The position numbers were made by a program, and so were the translations under genes. From Clostridiales bacterium UBA3953 (GTDB lineage: Bacteria > Bacillota > Clostridia > Oscillospirales > CAG-272), in assembly GCA_002385415.1 (NCBI GenBank), contig DGDL01000041.1, positions 23,345-81,000 of the forward strand: 57,656 nt of DNA, given 5' to 3'. Below the pieces are notes generated by a model that made no database searches, was not told the origin of the DNA, and saw only the letters and a list, made by a program, of their open reading frames with translations. This document shows, one piece after another, positions 26,697-35,677 of this stretch; the first letter of the stretch is position 1, and each line of letters begins with the position of its first letter.

Positions 26697-26745
26697 GCGG
26701 GGACAGGCAGGCTCTGCTACTCCGGCCTGCTGCCCCCGCATTTTT
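26697..26745. terminator. bidirectional terminator at the left edge of the prophage remnant
   Basis: Long imperfect stem GCGGGGACAGGCAGG / CCTGCTGCCCCCGC with a T-run on the plus strand and TTTTGTTT on the minus strand. Confidence 0.65.
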
Positions 26746-26907
26746 CTATTCTTCGGATTCGGGCTGTTGTATCTCTACGGTATCGCCAATCGCCAGCCCC
26801 TCGCCGTCTATGCAAACGGCATCCGGCAAAAGCTGCTGCGCTATCTCCACGCTTTCACATACAATAAGGTTTGTCACTTTCCCGTCAACTATGACCGCAA
26901 CAATCAT
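26746..26907 (-). CDS. small phage protein (53 aa), absent from the ORF track
   Basis: An AAGGGGG RBS lies 7 nt upstream. The product is MIVAVIVDGKVTNLIVCESVEIAQQLLPDAVCIDGEGLAIGDTVEIQQPESEE. It follows the fibre gene, as small XkdX-type ORFs often do. Confidence 0.45.
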   Translation of the reverse strand: MIVAVIVDGKVTNLIVCESVEIAQQLLPDAVCIDGEGLAIGDTVEIQQPESEE

Positions 26908-26919
26908 GCTACCGCCCCC

Positions 26920-28092
26920 TTATTCGACATAACCGTATATGACGCATAAGCCGTCGCCGCCGACCTTGTCCCTCCAAGAGCCTCCGCCGCGACCGGCGCT
27001 TGAGCTTGACGACGCGCCCCTGCCATACAGCGTATTGCCGCCATAGTCACCTGTCCCGCGTTCGCCGGTAAACGAGCCTGCCTGACCTCCTTGTCCATAC
27101 TGAGCATAGCTCGTCGCTTTTTTGCCGCCGGGTGCCTGCCAGCACCAGAAAGATGTAGTGCCGCCGTCCGAGTTAAGTGACGCCGCGCCGATTACGACGG
27201 GAAATGAAGTCACGGGAGAGTTCGGCGGTAAGTAGAGGTCTATAAACTGCATTGCGCCGGCGCCTCCTGAAGCAAAATAGTCTGTGGAAGTATCGGATTT
27301 ATAGCTGCCGCCGCCGGCGCCGAGTATCATGATAAGATAGCGGTTGCCCGCCGACGGATAATCGGCAGGGTTGAACGTGCCGGAGCTTGTAAAACGCACA
27401 AGCTCAACAAGCCGAGGCGCGCGGCTGTCGACATACTGCTTCGTGGCTGCGTGCAGCGGGCTTGCCGGGTCGCCATGCAGAGTAAGCGGGCCGGTCATAA
27501 TGCTGCCGGCGCGCTGCACAAGCTGCGCCATAGCACCTTCGGCGAGCGTGCCCGCGACGTCGGCGTACGCTACGTTCTGCCCAATCCCGTCGACGAGTGA
27601 CTTGACGCGCCCGCAAAGTTCAGCGTTGTCTCTGTAGTCGGTTATCATCATCTCGGTAATCGCGCTGACCCCCGCCCCGACGTCAACCCGAGCTACGACA
27701 AGGTCATATATATCGCCCTCGCGGACCGGCAGCTCGCCTGGCGCCGGGTCGGTTAGCCAGACCTTCTTAATCGAGCCGCCGTCAAGGTCGAGCCTAAGCA
27801 CAAGCCAATAGGAGTGCGCAACCACATCCGGTTCGAACGTGTGCTCCTCGGGCTCACTATCCCAGCCGAAGTAGCCGTTTATGAAGCACCTGCCCGGCGC
27901 AATGCGGACTGTAAGCCCGGAAACCGGGCTGACCTTAAAGCTGTCGGGCGGGTTTATGTGCACGCCGTTGCCTACAAAACTAGCAAAATACGCGGCAAAA
28001 AAGTCGGCCGTTTCCGCTTTGTCGCCGCGCGGAAAGCCGCCTACCATCTCGACCGTCTCGGTCGAGTCGAAAAGTCCAGATCTCATTGCCAT
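26920..28092 (-). CDS. phage tail fibre / receptor-binding-like protein with a Gly-rich C-terminal domain
   Basis: It sits after the Dit and Gp37-like genes. The start is set at MAMRSG, which has an AAGGAGAG RBS. The C-terminus carries GGxG/GAGG-rich repeats. Confidence 0.6.
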   Translation of the reverse strand: MAMRSGLFDSTETVEMVGGFPRGDKAETADFFAAYFASFVGNGVHINPPDSFKVSPVSGLTVRIAPGRCFINGYFGWDSEPEEHTFEPDVVAHSYWLVLRLDLDGGSIKKVWLTDPAPGELPVREGDIYDLVVARVDVGAGVSAITEMMITDYRDNAELCGRVKSLVDGIGQNVAYADVAGTLAEGAMAQLVQRAGSIMTGPLTLHGDPASPLHAATKQYVDSRAPRLVELVRFTSSGTFNPADYPSAGNRYLIMILGAGGGSYKSDTSTDYFASGGAGAMQFIDLYLPPNSPVTSFPVVIGAASLNSDGGTTSFWCWQAPGGKKATSYAQYGQGGQAGSFTGERGTGDYGGNTLYGRGASSSSSAGRGGGSWRDKVGGDGLCVIYGYVE

Positions 28093-28112
28093 AGCGTGTA
28101 CTCTCCTTGCAT

Positions 28113-29195
28113 TTAATATGTCAAATACCGCTTGTCCGAAAGCTTGAGGTGAACCGAAAACATGCCGCCCGAGCGCAGCTCGGTAATCTCTGCGATGCGC
28201 ATGGAGCGCTGAATGCCAAGCGAGGTGTCGGTGTAATCGCACAGGTCGCCGAGGTCATAGTCCTCGCGGTAAACGGGCGGCACGCCGTCCGCGACGGTGC
28301 CGACGGTAAGCTCAATGGCGGCATGTTCAGCGGCGACTTCGCGCCCCCGGCCCCGAAGCATCTCGGCGTATTCAAATTCGGTGGCAACATGTGTTACTCC
28401 GTTTTCGTCCTTGTATCTGCGGCGAACCGATCGCGCGTCGACGAACAGCTCGCGCCGCTCGCCACCGTCCGACAGGTCAAGCGTTACGATTTTGCGGGAG
28501 TCGTCGTCCTCAATCTCGCCCGCAATGTAGAAGAAGTTGCGCAGGTCGCGGTCACAGCGCCAGTACAGCGATGAGCGCACGTTTTCAAATTCGGACGAGA
28601 AAATAGCCCATGAGTTTTCGTTTTGTTGCTGCGTCCTGTCAAGCCCGCTTTCAACCGTGAATATAAGCGCCGAGCTTTCGTAGTCATAGGTCAGCTTGGG
28701 TGACAGCCCGACGCTGCCGAGCATACTGTAAATCGCGTCCCCGAGGCTGATGCCGGAGTACTGAACCGCCACCTCCTCGGGGTGTCCTTTTGCCTCGCCG
28801 AGCATGAGCTTAGGTATAGCGCGCTCTCCCACAGTCGCATGGGCGGCGACAAGCGAGCGAGCCGCAGCTTCGGCGTTGCCGCCAATGTTCGCGGTGCCGT
28901 ATATAACGCGCAAAAAAAGCAGCGACTCGAGCATCCTGCCCGAGAGCACGAGCGAGCGGGAGCCGGCGGCGTCGACTGTTATTTTCAGCTCCTCGATTAC
29001 CGCCGTCTCGCCGTTTGACGGGTTATAAATGTACCGTGCGCCGGCCGCAAGCTCCCTGCTCCCGGGTGGTAAGGTGAGCAAAAACTCGCCGCACGCAAAA
29101 TAGCGCCGCACCCAGCGCAGCTCGGAGTAATCCTCCAAGATGCCGCAAATCTGAAAGTCTTTGTCAAGCAAAATAAGGTCGGATGTGGCTGTCAT
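28113..29195 (-). CDS. siphovirus Gp37-like tail-associated protein
   Basis: The N-terminal pattern LDKDFQICGILEDYSELRWVRRYFACGEFLL is typical of the ReqiPepy6 Gp37-like family. It has an ATGA overlap with the upstream Dit gene. Confidence 0.7.
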   Translation of the reverse strand: MTATSDLILLDKDFQICGILEDYSELRWVRRYFACGEFLLTLPPGSRELAAGARYIYNPSNGETAVIEELKITVDAAGSRSLVLSGRMLESLLFLRVIYGTANIGGNAEAAARSLVAAHATVGERAIPKLMLGEAKGHPEEVAVQYSGISLGDAIYSMLGSVGLSPKLTYDYESSALIFTVESGLDRTQQQNENSWAIFSSEFENVRSSLYWRCDRDLRNFFYIAGEIEDDDSRKIVTLDLSDGGERRELFVDARSVRRRYKDENGVTHVATEFEYAEMLRGRGREVAAEHAAIELTVGTVADGVPPVYREDYDLGDLCDYTDTSLGIQRSMRIAEITELRSGGMFSVHLKLSDKRYLTY

Positions 29196-30040
29196 ATCCC
29201 GTTATACCTCAACAGATACGAAAATGAAGCGTTTGCATAGGTTTTGCCGGCGTCGGCAGATACGGTTATGGTGTTTTCGCCCGGCGGAAGCTGGAAAAAC
29301 ACGCTGCGCCGGTCGAAAATAAAGCGCTTTTCACCGTTTACCGTAACCGACTTTTCGCCGCGGCGCGTGTTAATGGTAACCTCGCCGCCATCCTCAAGCA
29401 CGGTATAGAGCTTTACAAAGCCCGAGCCGGCAAGCTCGACGGAGGGGTTTATGACCGTACCGCCCGAGGCTTTTATGGTGCAGACGATGCCGATATCGGT
29501 GTCGCCGGTGTTGACGATTTTTGCGGTGTCAGATATGCGCCAGATACCGGACGAGATGCCGGCACCCTTAAACGAGTTAAAAGGGAAGGTGAGCAGCGGC
29601 GCGGTTTTGCGGAATACAACGCTTGTCTCCTCAGGATCGGTGAAGAACGGGTCTGGGCAGAGAAGGGTCAGCCTGATTTTGGCGGGTGTAAAGAGGTTCG
29701 GTTGCACAAACTGGGCGGAGGCGAGCACAAACGAGATTTTGCGCTTGACCCCGCGCCGTGTAACGAGCAGGGTACCGGTATTTTTAGGCGAGAGCGCCGA
29801 TATAAGCGCGGCGCGGGACGCCTCCGCATCGCCCACCGGCTCAATCTCGAGCGTAATCTCCCGCGGCCCGAATCGCACTCCCGCCACATAGCCGCCGTCG
29901 AATGTACTCTCGTCGGCGACGGTCAGCTTATATTCGGCCACCTCCAGCCCCGAGACTGAAATCAGCCTGAAGTCACCGCCCCTGCCGACATAAAAACTGT
30001 GGCCGCCAAGCTGCATTTCAATGGAAAATTCGTTTTTCAT
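29192..30040 (-). CDS. phage distal tail protein (Dit / siphovirus tail component)
   Basis: About 280 aa and positioned immediately before the Gp37-like gene, with the beta-rich pattern typical of Dit. The start is either ATG 30040 or GTG 30046. Confidence 0.65.
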   Translation of the reverse strand: MKNEFSIEMQLGGHSFYVGRGGDFRLISVSGLEVAEYKLTVADESTFDGGYVAGVRFGPREITLEIEPVGDAEASRAALISALSPKNTGTLLVTRRGVKRKISFVLASAQFVQPNLFTPAKIRLTLLCPDPFFTDPEETSVVFRKTAPLLTFPFNSFKGAGISSGIWRISDTAKIVNTGDTDIGIVCTIKASGGTVINPSVELAGSGFVKLYTVLEDGGEVTINTRRGEKSVTVNGEKRFIFDRRSVFFQLPPGENTITVSADAGKTYANASFSYLLRYNGI

Positions 30041-30259
30041 GTACACTGTTACCTGTTTGTATTTATTGGCGCTATGTAAACTCCATATTTTGCGGGGAAT
30101 TTCCCGCAGCCCTTTTTATTATTTCGGCATGGTGTGGTGATTTTGCTGGGCTAAAAGCTTCCGCAGGGAGAGCTGCCGGCGCTCTGGTCCCCGCGAATTT
30201 GCCCTTTGACATTGCAGTGCCACGCGATGAGGCGCACCCGCAGGTTTCAAAAAACCCCC

Positions 30260-30526
30260 CTAATTTTCGGCTTCTTTTGCCTTTGCATACTTTGCGCAGA
30301 TGTAAACCGCCAGCGTTATCAAATCGAAAATATCAACCCTGCGCCCTTTTTTGATGCGCTCAAATGCGCCTTCCCCCAAAACGGAATCCACAGCATTGTG
30401 GAGACGGCCTGCGCGGGCAAACGCCTGCCCCGACGCGAGAAAGCGCACCGCCTCGTCGCGTTCGGGGCAGATTGCCACTTCAAATAAAGTGCCGTTTATG
30501 CGCATTTTGACACTGCCGCCGGTCAT
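30260..30526 (-). CDS. small phage protein, possibly a tail assembly chaperone
   Basis: It has an ATGA overlap with the upstream gene. The product begins MTGGSVKMRINGTLFEVAICPERDEAVRFL..., which is a weak resemblance to TAC N-termini. Confidence 0.45.
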   Translation of the reverse strand: MTGGSVKMRINGTLFEVAICPERDEAVRFLASGQAFARAGRLHNAVDSVLGEGAFERIKKGRRVDIFDLITLAVYICAKYAKAKEAEN

Positions 30527-30930
30527 TGAAGGGTAACCTTGAAGTGGCGCAAGAGCCGCCTGCCGCCGCTCGGTCGCTCCACGGATGTAATCCGATATGC
30601 GCTGTCCGGCGGTGCGGTAAAGCCCCGCGCGTCGCCCTCGCATACAAAGCATCCGCCCGAAGCGTCAAATGTGAAAAACTCCTCGCGGTTTTGCAGGCTT
30701 TCCCACTCGTCAGGGGGAAGGTAGCCGCAGATGCGCCCTTCTTTGCCGGTGCAGCGCGAGCGCGCATCGAAAAAGTACAAAATCCCGCGCCGCATGGGCG
30801 CAGCGTCACCGCCGGAAATGCCGAGCGAAGCCGAAAACATCACGCCCGAGAGCAGCCGCACCTCAAACCCGCCGTCGAGGACGGGGATAAAAAGCGTTAC
30901 GGTATCGTCAAGAAAACCAACTCCGCTCAC
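30523..30930 (-). CDS. phage head-closure / head-tail joining-like protein
   Basis: GTGA overlap with the upstream gene and a GGGGGAGG RBS. 135 aa, with the assignment made from position and weak pattern only. Confidence 0.5.
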   Translation of the reverse strand: MSGVGFLDDTVTLFIPVLDGGFEVRLLSGVMFSASLGISGGDAAPMRRGILYFFDARSRCTGKEGRICGYLPPDEWESLQNREEFFTFDASGGCFVCEGDARGFTAPPDSAYRITSVERPSGGRRLLRHFKVTLQ

Positions 30931-31328
30931 GGCGCCTCCCCCCTGCTATAAACCGCTCGGCAGGTCAGCCCTTCGGCGCGCAATAGTGCGTATGTGACAG
31001 ACGAGACCGGTAACCCGCCATAGCTGAACATGCGCGTTGAGCTCGCCGAATAAGGTGAGTTTGAATATAGCAGGTCGCCGACCCTTTCAACCACGCCCGG
31101 CGTCGTGATTGCCAGCCCTGTGTAAGCCTCGACCCCGCCCTGCCGGTGAAAAAGCTCGATTTGATAGCAAACCGCACGTTTGATGTTTTCGGTGACGGTT
31201 TTTATCGGCACTGTGACAATGGCGTCGCACAGGTCGCTTGCCGCGCGCGCCAGCATTTTAAACTCCGCCTCATCGATTGGCTCGCCGCCAAACTCTGTGT
31301 CATAGTAGTTTTTGTCTACATAAGCCAT
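30927..31328 (-). CDS. phage head-tail connector (gp6/YqbG-like)
   Basis: The N-terminus AYVDKNYYDTEFGGEPIDEAEFKMLARAASDLCDAIV resembles DNA-packaging/connector proteins. The ATG at 31328 has an AAGGGG RBS. Confidence 0.55.
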   Translation of the reverse strand: MAYVDKNYYDTEFGGEPIDEAEFKMLARAASDLCDAIVTVPIKTVTENIKRAVCYQIELFHRQGGVEAYTGLAITTPGVVERVGDLLYSNSPYSASSTRMFSYGGLPVSSVTYALLRAEGLTCRAVYSRGEAP

Positions 31329-31340
31329 GCCCGTCACCCC

Positions 31341-32048
31341 TTACCGCAGCTTTTTCAGCATGGAGGAAAGCAGCCCGCCGCCCGGCAAATCGCCGTCTTC
31401 GGACGGCGGCGTCTCGACCGTAAAATGCGGCATATCTTTGGGCGGGCTGTGCTGCATGAAGACCGAAGGTTCGATTTCGCGCAGTTTTGTGAGCCACTCG
31501 CCGGCGGTCTCCGGCGTGCCGCCATCCGCGATGAAACGTTCGACGGCAGCCTCCAGCGCAAGTGTGCTGCCGAAACCCGCCTTTGTAAAAATATGCTCGA
31601 TTTGCGCGCGCAGCCTTTCTTTTTCAAACTCGGCTTTTTGGGCGGCAAGCGCTTCATCGAGCCTTTTTTGTGCCTCCTGCTCGGCTTCCGCAAGCGCTTT
31701 TTCAAACCGGGCTTTTTCTTCCTCGCGCTTTTTCTGCAGTTTTGCCTCCACAGCTTTAAGCGATTCGTCAAACTCGGACTTCCGGCGAGCAAGCGACCGC
31801 TCGTATTCGGCTAATAGAGCTTCAAGCGCCATATCGAACGCCTTTTTTGCAATGTCAAACCCGCCTTCGGTTTTCAGCTTTTCAATCTCGTTTTCAAGCA
31901 GTGCACAGCGCTTGCTCGCGTCCTCGAGTTTTGCGGCCAGCTCCTCACGCTCGGCGGCAAGTTCCTGCTGGCGGCGCTCACATTCGACTAAAATCAGCTC
32001 GATAGCCCGGCTGTCAAGCCCAAGATTTTCAAGAAAATCGCGTTTCAT
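31341..32048 (-). CDS. phage scaffolding / GP20-family minor structural protein
   Basis: The start MKRDFLENLGLD... is followed by a long Glu/Lys/Ala coiled coil. It has an ATGA overlap with the portal gene stop. Confidence 0.7.
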   Translation of the reverse strand: MKRDFLENLGLDSRAIELILVECERRQQELAAEREELAAKLEDASKRCALLENEIEKLKTEGGFDIAKKAFDMALEALLAEYERSLARRKSEFDESLKAVEAKLQKKREEEKARFEKALAEAEQEAQKRLDEALAAQKAEFEKERLRAQIEHIFTKAGFGSTLALEAAVERFIADGGTPETAGEWLTKLREIEPSVFMQHSPPKDMPHFTVETPPSEDGDLPGGGLLSSMLKKLR

Positions 32049-33376
32049 ATACTCTGTTCCTTTCCGTTTACTGCACAGGCGTGCCATTTTGCGCGGTATT
32101 CGTCCGGCGTAAGCAACCCCGCCTTCACGTCCTCAAGATCAAGAGCGCGCGAGCTTTCGCTGTCGGAAAGCACGCTGTCCCCGAAATTGCAAACCAGCTT
32201 CACCTCGCCCGCCGGCGCAAGCCCATAGAGAGTGCACAGTGCATCTGCCGCGCAGGTTAGACCCTCGAGCGCGGTTTTTGCGCAGTTTTGCAGGTCACGC
32301 ACAGCCGCGTAGGTGCGCTGGCGCATCATTTTGATTTCGGTTGCGGTGCGAGCCGTCAGTTGCGGGTCGGAGAAAGTGCCGCGCGCCAGCCCCACGGTGT
32401 CTTCAATGCGCATGATAATCTGATTAAGCCCGTTTATAAGTGACTTGTCACGCAGAGCGGGCGAGAATGTGCGCAACGGGTCGGTTGACGAGCCGTATGT
32501 GTAGTCGAGCTTGTTGGGGCGGAACAGCCGCTCTCTTCCGGCGGGAAGTATCGGCTTGCCGTGCCGGTCGAGTAAAAACGCATCCTCACTTGCGTCAATG
32601 GCGAGTTCGCCGCCCTCAAACTCCCATAAAAGCCGCCCAAACTGCGCATCGGCTTCCCGTATCAAACCGACGGCACGCGCAAACACAGAGACGCCATAAG
32701 GCGACCGCTCGCGCGTGCCGACGCGGTAATAAGAAAAAAGTGGAGCTTGCAGCCCGCTTATAGTCACGCTGCCCGAAAGATGTGCCCACTCGGGCACTGC
32801 CGACGCGGCCTCGTCCTGCGAAATCTCCCTGCCGGTATCATAGTGCGAGGTTGCCCGACAATAGCGGTTTGATATGCGCCAGCCCCAGCCGGTCTTCTCG
32901 TGGAGCTCGCGGCGGAAATAAAGTGCCGAGCCTCGCCGGCAGCGCGTGACAAACTCAGCTCCGGCTATTTCGCCGCCTTCGGCTGCCGTGATTTCAAAAT
33001 CGCCGGGCAGAAAGGTCTCGACGACAATTTTTCCTGATTCAGTCGTCGCCGGTTTGAGCATGACACCGCCACATGCGAATGCCAGCTCCGAGACATTTTT
33101 AAACCGCGCAAAAAATGGGTCAAGCGCGGCGGCTAAAAACTCGGCGCGCCCGCCGTCATAGCCGCAAACAAGCCCGCTACCGGAGGGAACAAGTTTAAAC
33201 TCGGCTTCCGCGGCGACAAGACGCGCAAATTCTGCGCAAATGGCGGAGGGAAGCTCGAGCGACGGCGAGCCGCGCTCGCTGCCGGCCTGCTGCCAGGGCG
33301 CATAACCTGCAAACGTGCGCTCCCCGCCGTACAGCCGCAGCCACTCCATGGCTTCAAGTTTTTCGGTTTCGTACAT
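32045..33376 (-). CDS. phage portal protein
   Basis: 443 aa with a portal-like C-terminal half (...RTATEIKMMRQRTYAAVRDLQ...). A scaffold gene lies immediately downstream. Confidence 0.75.
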   Translation of the reverse strand: MYETEKLEAMEWLRLYGGERTFAGYAPWQQAGSERGSPSLELPSAICAEFARLVAAEAEFKLVPSGSGLVCGYDGGRAEFLAAALDPFFARFKNVSELAFACGGVMLKPATTESGKIVVETFLPGDFEITAAEGGEIAGAEFVTRCRRGSALYFRRELHEKTGWGWRISNRYCRATSHYDTGREISQDEAASAVPEWAHLSGSVTISGLQAPLFSYYRVGTRERSPYGVSVFARAVGLIREADAQFGRLLWEFEGGELAIDASEDAFLLDRHGKPILPAGRERLFRPNKLDYTYGSSTDPLRTFSPALRDKSLINGLNQIIMRIEDTVGLARGTFSDPQLTARTATEIKMMRQRTYAAVRDLQNCAKTALEGLTCAADALCTLYGLAPAGEVKLVCNFGDSVLSDSESSRALDLEDVKAGLLTPDEYRAKWHACAVNGKEQSI

Positions 33377-33507
33377 AACAGTGCATCACCGCGGCTTCGT
33401 TGCCGCGATTCCTTTCGTAGTATTGGTGACGTACTAAAGACAAAGCACCCGCAGTCCGGCTACATTTAAAACCGATACTTTCGCCGGGTAAAGCTAAAGC
33501 CCTCTCT

Positions 33508-34026
33508 CTAACTGTCGGGCGCGCCGTAAAAATTCATCGTTTGCCCGTCCGGCGAGAGGGCGGCGGCTCCGCACTCCGCCAGGCTCCGTGCTTTAAACTC
33601 ACAGGCAAGCGTATAGGCGGGAAGGCCGGCGCCCATGCTTCCTGCGCACAGCGTCCGCGGTATAAACGAATACTGCCGCCGCCGGCAGGGATAGGGAGAG
33701 GAGCCGGCCGATATGTCGACAATATAAAGCTCAACCTCCACCGCGTCACCCGCAGAGCCGCTTTTTATCATGCCTAAAAGATATTCATGCGCCGGCTCCC
33801 CCGAAAGAAGCTCAATTTCGCACTCGATGCGGGAATGGATGCCCACAAGGTCGGCCGTAGCCTCGACCTCGTCAAAATAGCGGCGGACATGTTCGACCGG
33901 TGAAAATTCGATTTTCAGCGACGATATGCCCCGCAACAGTGTTATCCCGCCGGGCGTGCCCAGATACAGCAGCAGGTCACCTGACTTTGAAGGATTGAAA
34001 GTGAAAATGTCGCCCACCTCCTTCAC
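33508..34026 (-). CDS. phage structural protein, possibly the major tail (tube) protein; start codon uncertain
   Basis: About 170 aa. ...SKSGDLLLYLGTPGGITLLRGISSLKIEFS... resembles TP901-1-type major tail proteins. A strong AAGGAGG lies inside the first codons (see findings). Confidence 0.45.
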   Translation of the reverse strand: MKEVGDIFTFNPSKSGDLLLYLGTPGGITLLRGISSLKIEFSPVEHVRRYFDEVEATADLVGIHSRIECEIELLSGEPAHEYLLGMIKSGSAGDAVEVELYIVDISAGSSPYPCRRRQYSFIPRTLCAGSMGAGLPAYTLACEFKARSLAECGAAALSPDGQTMNFYGAPDS

Positions 34027-34433
34027 TCGAACCGTGGCGAGATGGCGTATATAAGTGACAGCGGCAGCGAGTACTCGGCTAGCCCCGACACGTCCGAGCC
34101 GGTACGCTGCGGCGGCTCGCAAAGCTCAACAGCAAGCGCGCACAATCCTTCGCCAAGATAAGGCGGCCCGGTTTTTTGTATATATCCCGCAAGTGCGTCG
34201 AGCGATGCAATCGGAGATCCGCCCCGCGCTCTCAGCGAAACCGTAAACGGGAGGCTTAATATAACCGTCCCGTCGGCATAGCGTTTCAGCACCTGTGCGC
34301 CCGATGAAGGCAAAAGCCGCAGCGCGGGCAGCCCCTCGCCGTAGCTGCCGAGCCGCGCCTGTGCCGGCCGATCCGGCCAGTCGTTTATATAATCGAGCAA
34401 AGCAGCGGCAGTCCGGTATGTGTATATTGGCAT
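34023..34433 (-). CDS. phage minor structural / tail-completion-like protein
   Basis: A GGAGG RBS lies 6 nt before the ATG at 34433; 136 aa. The function is inferred from position only. Confidence 0.5.
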   Translation of the reverse strand: MPIYTYRTAAALLDYINDWPDRPAQARLGSYGEGLPALRLLPSSGAQVLKRYADGTVILSLPFTVSLRARGGSPIASLDALAGYIQKTGPPYLGEGLCALAVELCEPPQRTGSDVSGLAEYSLPLSLIYAISPRFE

Positions 34434-34453
34434 TGGAACCTCCAAAACGGCCT

Positions 34454-34482
34454 GCGCCCCGTACCGCAGAGGTACGGAGCGC
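34454..34482 (-). terminator. strong hairpin just downstream of the capsid gene (possible partial terminator)
   Basis: 12-bp stem GCGCTCCGTACC / GGTACGGGGCGC with one mismatch, and only a weak U-tract. Confidence 0.35.
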
Positions 34483-34497
34483 AGGTATGCTTGCCTT

Positions 34498-35388
34498 TTA
34501 CGGCTCAACTACAAACGCAATGCCGTCTATTTTCTTTTTCAGAATGAAAACGTCCTCGAAGCTCTCCTCGTAATAGACATATTTGCCGCCAGTAATGGCT
34601 GACGGCGGGTCAAGCCGCGCGAACTGATAGCTTACCGGCGTGACAACCGCCTCAGGATGAATGAGCAGCATGTGAATCTGCTTTGCGTCGCCGGCGACGC
34701 TCCAGCCCTCGGTAAAATTGTATTTGGTTTTCATGAGAAGCGACGGCACCTCGACAACCGAAACCCCGTCGAGCACCGTAACGGTGCGGTTAAGTGACGA
34801 GCTTGCGGAGTGAACAGACAGCGTGCGTGTCATGTCCTCCACAGTTTTCAGCGCCGTCATGACCGCGGGCGTCACATACAGCACTCGGCCGGCCGCGGGC
34901 ACACGCGCCTCGCTCATCTGCTGCATCAGCGAGTCGAAAACAGCCAGCACATTTTCGGAGGTGACGGCTGACTCGACGGGCGATTTGCCTTCTGCCGTCC
35001 AGTCTGCGTAAATTTTCGAGACGGTATATGCGTCCATTTCGGGAAACTTCTGCTCGCTGTTGTAAACCGCAGTGATGTTTGCGATTGAGGCGGCGAGGTT
35101 GGTCTCGTCGATGTCTTTGGGATGCACGAGCGTGCTCCAGCAGCGCTGGTTTGAGAGTGTTTTCTCCTCCCACGCGTTTTCAAAGTTGCGCGTGACGGTA
35201 TCGATACCGTCGCGGTTTACATCCACGCGCCCGCCGACCTCCAGAGTGGGCAGCTCGACAGTCCTGCCGCCGGTGAAGCGGTAGCGGCCGTTGTTGGGCG
35301 ATGCGTAGAGCGCGCCGAAATGCAGCGAAGTCGGAAACGACTCTACAAGCGCCGAACCGTAAACTTTTGCGTAGTTGAGTTCTGCCAT
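34498..35388 (-). CDS. phage major capsid protein (P22-coat/'phage capsid' type, ~296 aa)
   Basis: An AGGAGA RBS is present. The N-terminus MAELNYAKVYGSALVESFP... and the size are typical of Firmicute siphophage capsid proteins, and this is the only capsid-sized structural ORF in the block. Confidence 0.65.
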   Translation of the reverse strand: MAELNYAKVYGSALVESFPTSLHFGALYASPNNGRYRFTGGRTVELPTLEVGGRVDVNRDGIDTVTRNFENAWEEKTLSNQRCWSTLVHPKDIDETNLAASIANITAVYNSEQKFPEMDAYTVSKIYADWTAEGKSPVESAVTSENVLAVFDSLMQQMSEARVPAAGRVLYVTPAVMTALKTVEDMTRTLSVHSASSSLNRTVTVLDGVSVVEVPSLLMKTKYNFTEGWSVAGDAKQIHMLLIHPEAVVTPVSYQFARLDPPSAITGGKYVYYEESFEDVFILKKKIDGIAFVVEP

Positions 35389-35677
35389 AGTTTTTCTCCT
35401 TTTTATTCATTTTCCCGTCGCGCTGTTGCGCGGCGGGTATTGGGCAAAAAAGCAGTTTTATGCTACGGATTTGCTTGAGTGCCTGAACGTGTAAAGCAGC
35501 GGCAAAGGTGCATGCAAAATTAAGGCAGCCGCATGTTTGGGTAAAGGGCGCCCAAATATGCGGCGGAATAAGGGGTATTCATAAGTGACACTACAAGCTC
35601 TCGGTGCAATACAGACGCCATAAAGGCAAAGTCTGCGTGGGGGGGCTCTATCACATTCCAAAATATCTACAGCACCC

